Origin: an uncultured Pseudobdellovibrionaceae bacterium
GTDB taxonomy: Bacteria; Bdellovibrionota; Bdellovibrionia; Bdellovibrionales; UBA1609
Reading direction: 5' to 3'
DNA length: 64,000 nucleotides
Assembly: GCA_963803705.1 (NCBI GenBank)
Contig: CAWDNU010000001.1
Location: forward strand, 608,001-672,000
Below the pieces are notes generated by a model, which saw only the letters and a program-made list of their open reading frames with translations, ran no database searches and was not told where the DNA came from. Below are positions 61,576-64,000 of this stretch, piece by piece. Made by a program: the position numbers and the translations under genes. Within the stretch, counting starts at the first letter, position 1, and every line of letters starts with the position of its first letter.

Positions 61576-63021
61576 TTAAACCATTAGCATTAAAAGAATA
61601 ATTCTATCACCTCTTTTCACCCTAAAAATGTTTTGGCTTTGCAATAGTCTTTGAACATCTGCAGAGGAGTTTACAGCAACCTTGTTTACTTCAAGAATAA
61701 GGTCTCCTGGCTTTAAGCCAGAATTAAATGCTGGCGAATAAGGCTTCACGTTCTCAATCACAACCTTTTTGTCACTACCAAACCTTAAGTTTAAGCCCTT
61801 AGCATTTTGAACCGTTAACTTTAAACCTAGTTTTTCCAAATTGAAGGACTGAGTGCTATTACTTTTTGGTTTATTTTGAGCTTGAACTTCAGATTCAAGA
61901 TTTTTAGAGCCAATGCGTGCGCTTAAGTTTATTTTTTTGCCACTTCGGTAGACCTCTATAATTTTTTCTTCACCAGTTTGCGTAGAAGCCACAGCTTTAA
62001 ACAAATCAGAAGGGCCAGAAATTATTTTTGAACCAAATTTTGTGACCACATCGTAAGGTTTTAATCCGGCATCATAGGCTGCAGATTTGGGTAAAACGTT
62101 CACGATTAAAGCTCCTTCAGTGACTGGAACCCCAATTGACTGAGCCGATTGCTCGTCTAATGCTTGCATTTCTACGCCCAAAAAACCCCTTTGGACTTCA
62201 CCTGTTTTCTCAAGTTCAGATAGAATTTTTTTCACATTATCAATGGGAATTGCGAACCCTATACCCTGGGCTCTGGCATCAATTGCTGTATTCATCGCAA
62301 TCACTTCGCCTTTAACATTCACTAGTGGCCCACCAGAGTTTCCAGGATTTATGCTTGCATCTGTTTGAATAAAGGGAAATAAATTTAGCTCGCCAGAATC
62401 TCGGCCTAAGGCTGAAACTATACCTTTGGTCATAGTGTTGCTATGTCCGTACGGATTGCCAAAGGCTGCGACCCATTCACCGACTTGCAAAGTTTTACTA
62501 GTTCCAAGTTTGGCGGCCGGTAAATTCTTTTTAGAGCTAATTTTAATTAAGGCTACATCTGTCTGGGGGTCAGCACCGATAACTTTTGCCTTGTATTCTT
62601 TGGAATCGCCGACAAATAAGACTTTTATTATATCAGCGTCTTTAACAACGTGTGCATTCGTTAAAATTAAACCATCATTTCTGATCACGAATCCAGTTCC
62701 TAGCGATTGCGCTGGCCGAGCCTTAGGAAATGCTTGCTGCCCACGTCCACTTGGAATATTAAGACCAAAAAATTGCTCTAAAAATTGGTAGCCATCCGGT
62801 AAGCCCTCTGAATAATTCATTTTAGGCTGAGTTTCTGTGTAGATACTTACGACCGAAGGTGAAACACTTTTAGCAAGTTGGATGAAAAGATCTGACGGTA
62901 AAGGTTGACCTGCTTCCACAGCCGGAATTTCAACCTTGGAATGGCCACTTTCCCGTGCGTTACATGCGTTAAAAAGTAGTAAAGAAAATATTAGGAATAT
63001 AATATTTTGAACTAAAGTCAT
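61576..63021 (-). CDS. Do/HtrA (DegP-like) serine protease with two PDZ domains
   Basis: LTNAHVV, TDVAL, IQTDASINPGNSGGPL; lipobox-like FNAC; start at ATG 63021. Confidence 0.95.
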   Translation of the reverse strand: MTLVQNIIFLIFSLLLFNACNARESGHSKVEIPAVEAGQPLPSDLFIQLAKSVSPSVVSIYTETQPKMNYSEGLPDGYQFLEQFFGLNIPSGRGQQAFPKARPAQSLGTGFVIRNDGLILTNAHVVKDADIIKVLFVGDSKEYKAKVIGADPQTDVALIKISSKKNLPAAKLGTSKTLQVGEWVAAFGNPYGHSNTMTKGIVSALGRDSGELNLFPFIQTDASINPGNSGGPLVNVKGEVIAMNTAIDARAQGIGFAIPIDNVKKILSELEKTGEVQRGFLGVEMQALDEQSAQSIGVPVTEGALIVNVLPKSAAYDAGLKPYDVVTKFGSKIISGPSDLFKAVASTQTGEEKIIEVYRSGKKINLSARIGSKNLESEVQAQNKPKSNSTQSFNLEKLGLKLTVQNAKGLNLRFGSDKKVVIENVKPYSPAFNSGLKPGDLILEVNKVAVNSSADVQRLLQSQNIFRVKRGDRIILLMLMV

Positions 63022-63102
63022 CACCCGGCTCCATTTACCCCTAACGTCGACCTTCAGCTTTGCTGGCTTTCTACTAAAGCTTCGCGGTTGAGTTTTCAAG
63101 GG

Positions 63103-63348
63103 CTATTTTTTGTTTAAAGTCACAAATTGCATTTGCAAGTCACCTAAAATTTTTTTTAAAAAATCACTTTCATCTGAGCTCAAATTTCCTGTTGTTTTCA
63201 CCTCTAGAATCTTTAGCATGTCGATATTGAACTCGGCCATTTTCAAGTCTTTTTCGGTTTCTCCGTTTGAGGGGTTTGGCGAGAGACCTAAACCAATAAG
63301 GGCCGACGAGCCAAGAGACATTACTAGCGTAGAAAAAGTGGCTTCCAA
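63103..63348 (-). CDS. DUF1844-like protein
   Basis: FSTLVMSL..SAL..LG..PNP, ID.L..L..KT.GNL..DE, L.MQFV; GGAGG RBS. Confidence 0.8.
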   Translation of the reverse strand: MEATFSTLVMSLGSSALIGLGLSPNPSNGETEKDLKMAEFNIDMLKILEVKTTGNLSSDESDFLKKILGDLQMQFVTLNKK

Positions 63349-64000
63349 TAGTTACCTCCGTAAAATTGTCTTCTATAAGCTAAGCCGCTTGGAACTGTTC
63401 AGCAACAAGCTAGCTCATAAAAAAAGCTATTTATTTATAAAATGTGTACTTTAAATGGTCAAACTTTGTAGCATTAGATTCTTGTTTTTTTGAAAATCGT
63501 TCAGTCTTGATTCTATTATAGGCTGCATTTCGAAATGTCTATGCCAATAAACATACCTAGGGAAATTACAAAAATTAAAAGGACATAAAAGTGGGTCAAT
63601 AGATCTTTTTTCAAGAGGGGAATAGATTAGTGTTTTACTGAGTGCTATTGATAGGTGAGGGTTGTTCTGATAAGTGTTTCATCAAACTGTTTGAAAAACT
63701 TTTGATCCATATAAAAATAATTTATAAGCCTTAGAAACAGCATGCTAAATCTAGAGAAAATAATGTAATGCTGGCTTTCAATTTTTTTATTTCGCTTCAA
63801 CCCAATTATAAAAGCAATTAAAAGGTCCAATTTGGAACCAAAAAATAAAATCAATGAGTTCAAATGAGTAACAAACTCTATATTTTTGCAAAACTCGGAT
63901 TCTATTTTGTATATGGCAATTTCCAAGAGGGCTTCTTTTTCATTTAAACTTAGCTTGTCAAAAAAAGGCTGGCTGTAAACAATCGCACTTGAACTTTTAT

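Noticed and set aside
63645..63926. 93-aa ORF at the window end
   Set aside because: No family features; more likely a frame fragment of an indel-damaged gene or non-coding.

Overview
AT-rich bacterial chromosomal segment whose gene content and order (stand-alone EF-G, lptE-holA-rpsT-murJ, 7TM-HD/ybeY, prfB-lolE/D-bamA-skp-fabZ-lpxA-lpxB-lpxK, pilB-pilT-pilC-pilS-pilR, spoVG-tRNA-Gln, MIDAS lipoprotein, two L,D-transpeptidases) suggest a Bdellovibrionota-like or other deltaproteobacteria-like organism (inference). Most of it is housekeeping and envelope biogenesis. It has three tRNAs (Lys-TTT, Glu-TTC, Gln-TTG), the classic prfB +1 programmed frameshift, and several non-coding inverted-repeat elements, including a 125-bp element in two copies with a compensatory base change. 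The strongest candidate for an undescribed system is a four-gene cassette at 25977-29106, between ybeY and prfB. It encodes a 7-TM intramembrane-sensing histidine kinase, a heme-oxygenase-like diiron enzyme, an orphan putative GNAT/LuxI/FeeM-like acyltransferase with an operator-like palindrome at its promoter, and a stand-alone receiver. This architecture resembles a self-contained small-molecule (quorum-sensing-like) signal synthesis and detection module. From about 47 kb onward several conserved genes carry single-base frameshifts (pilB, pilT-like, pilC, a metallophosphoesterase, spoVG); sequencing or assembly error is the most likely cause. No CRISPR array, rRNA, transposase or integrase was seen. 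All product calls come from motif recognition; no database searches were run.
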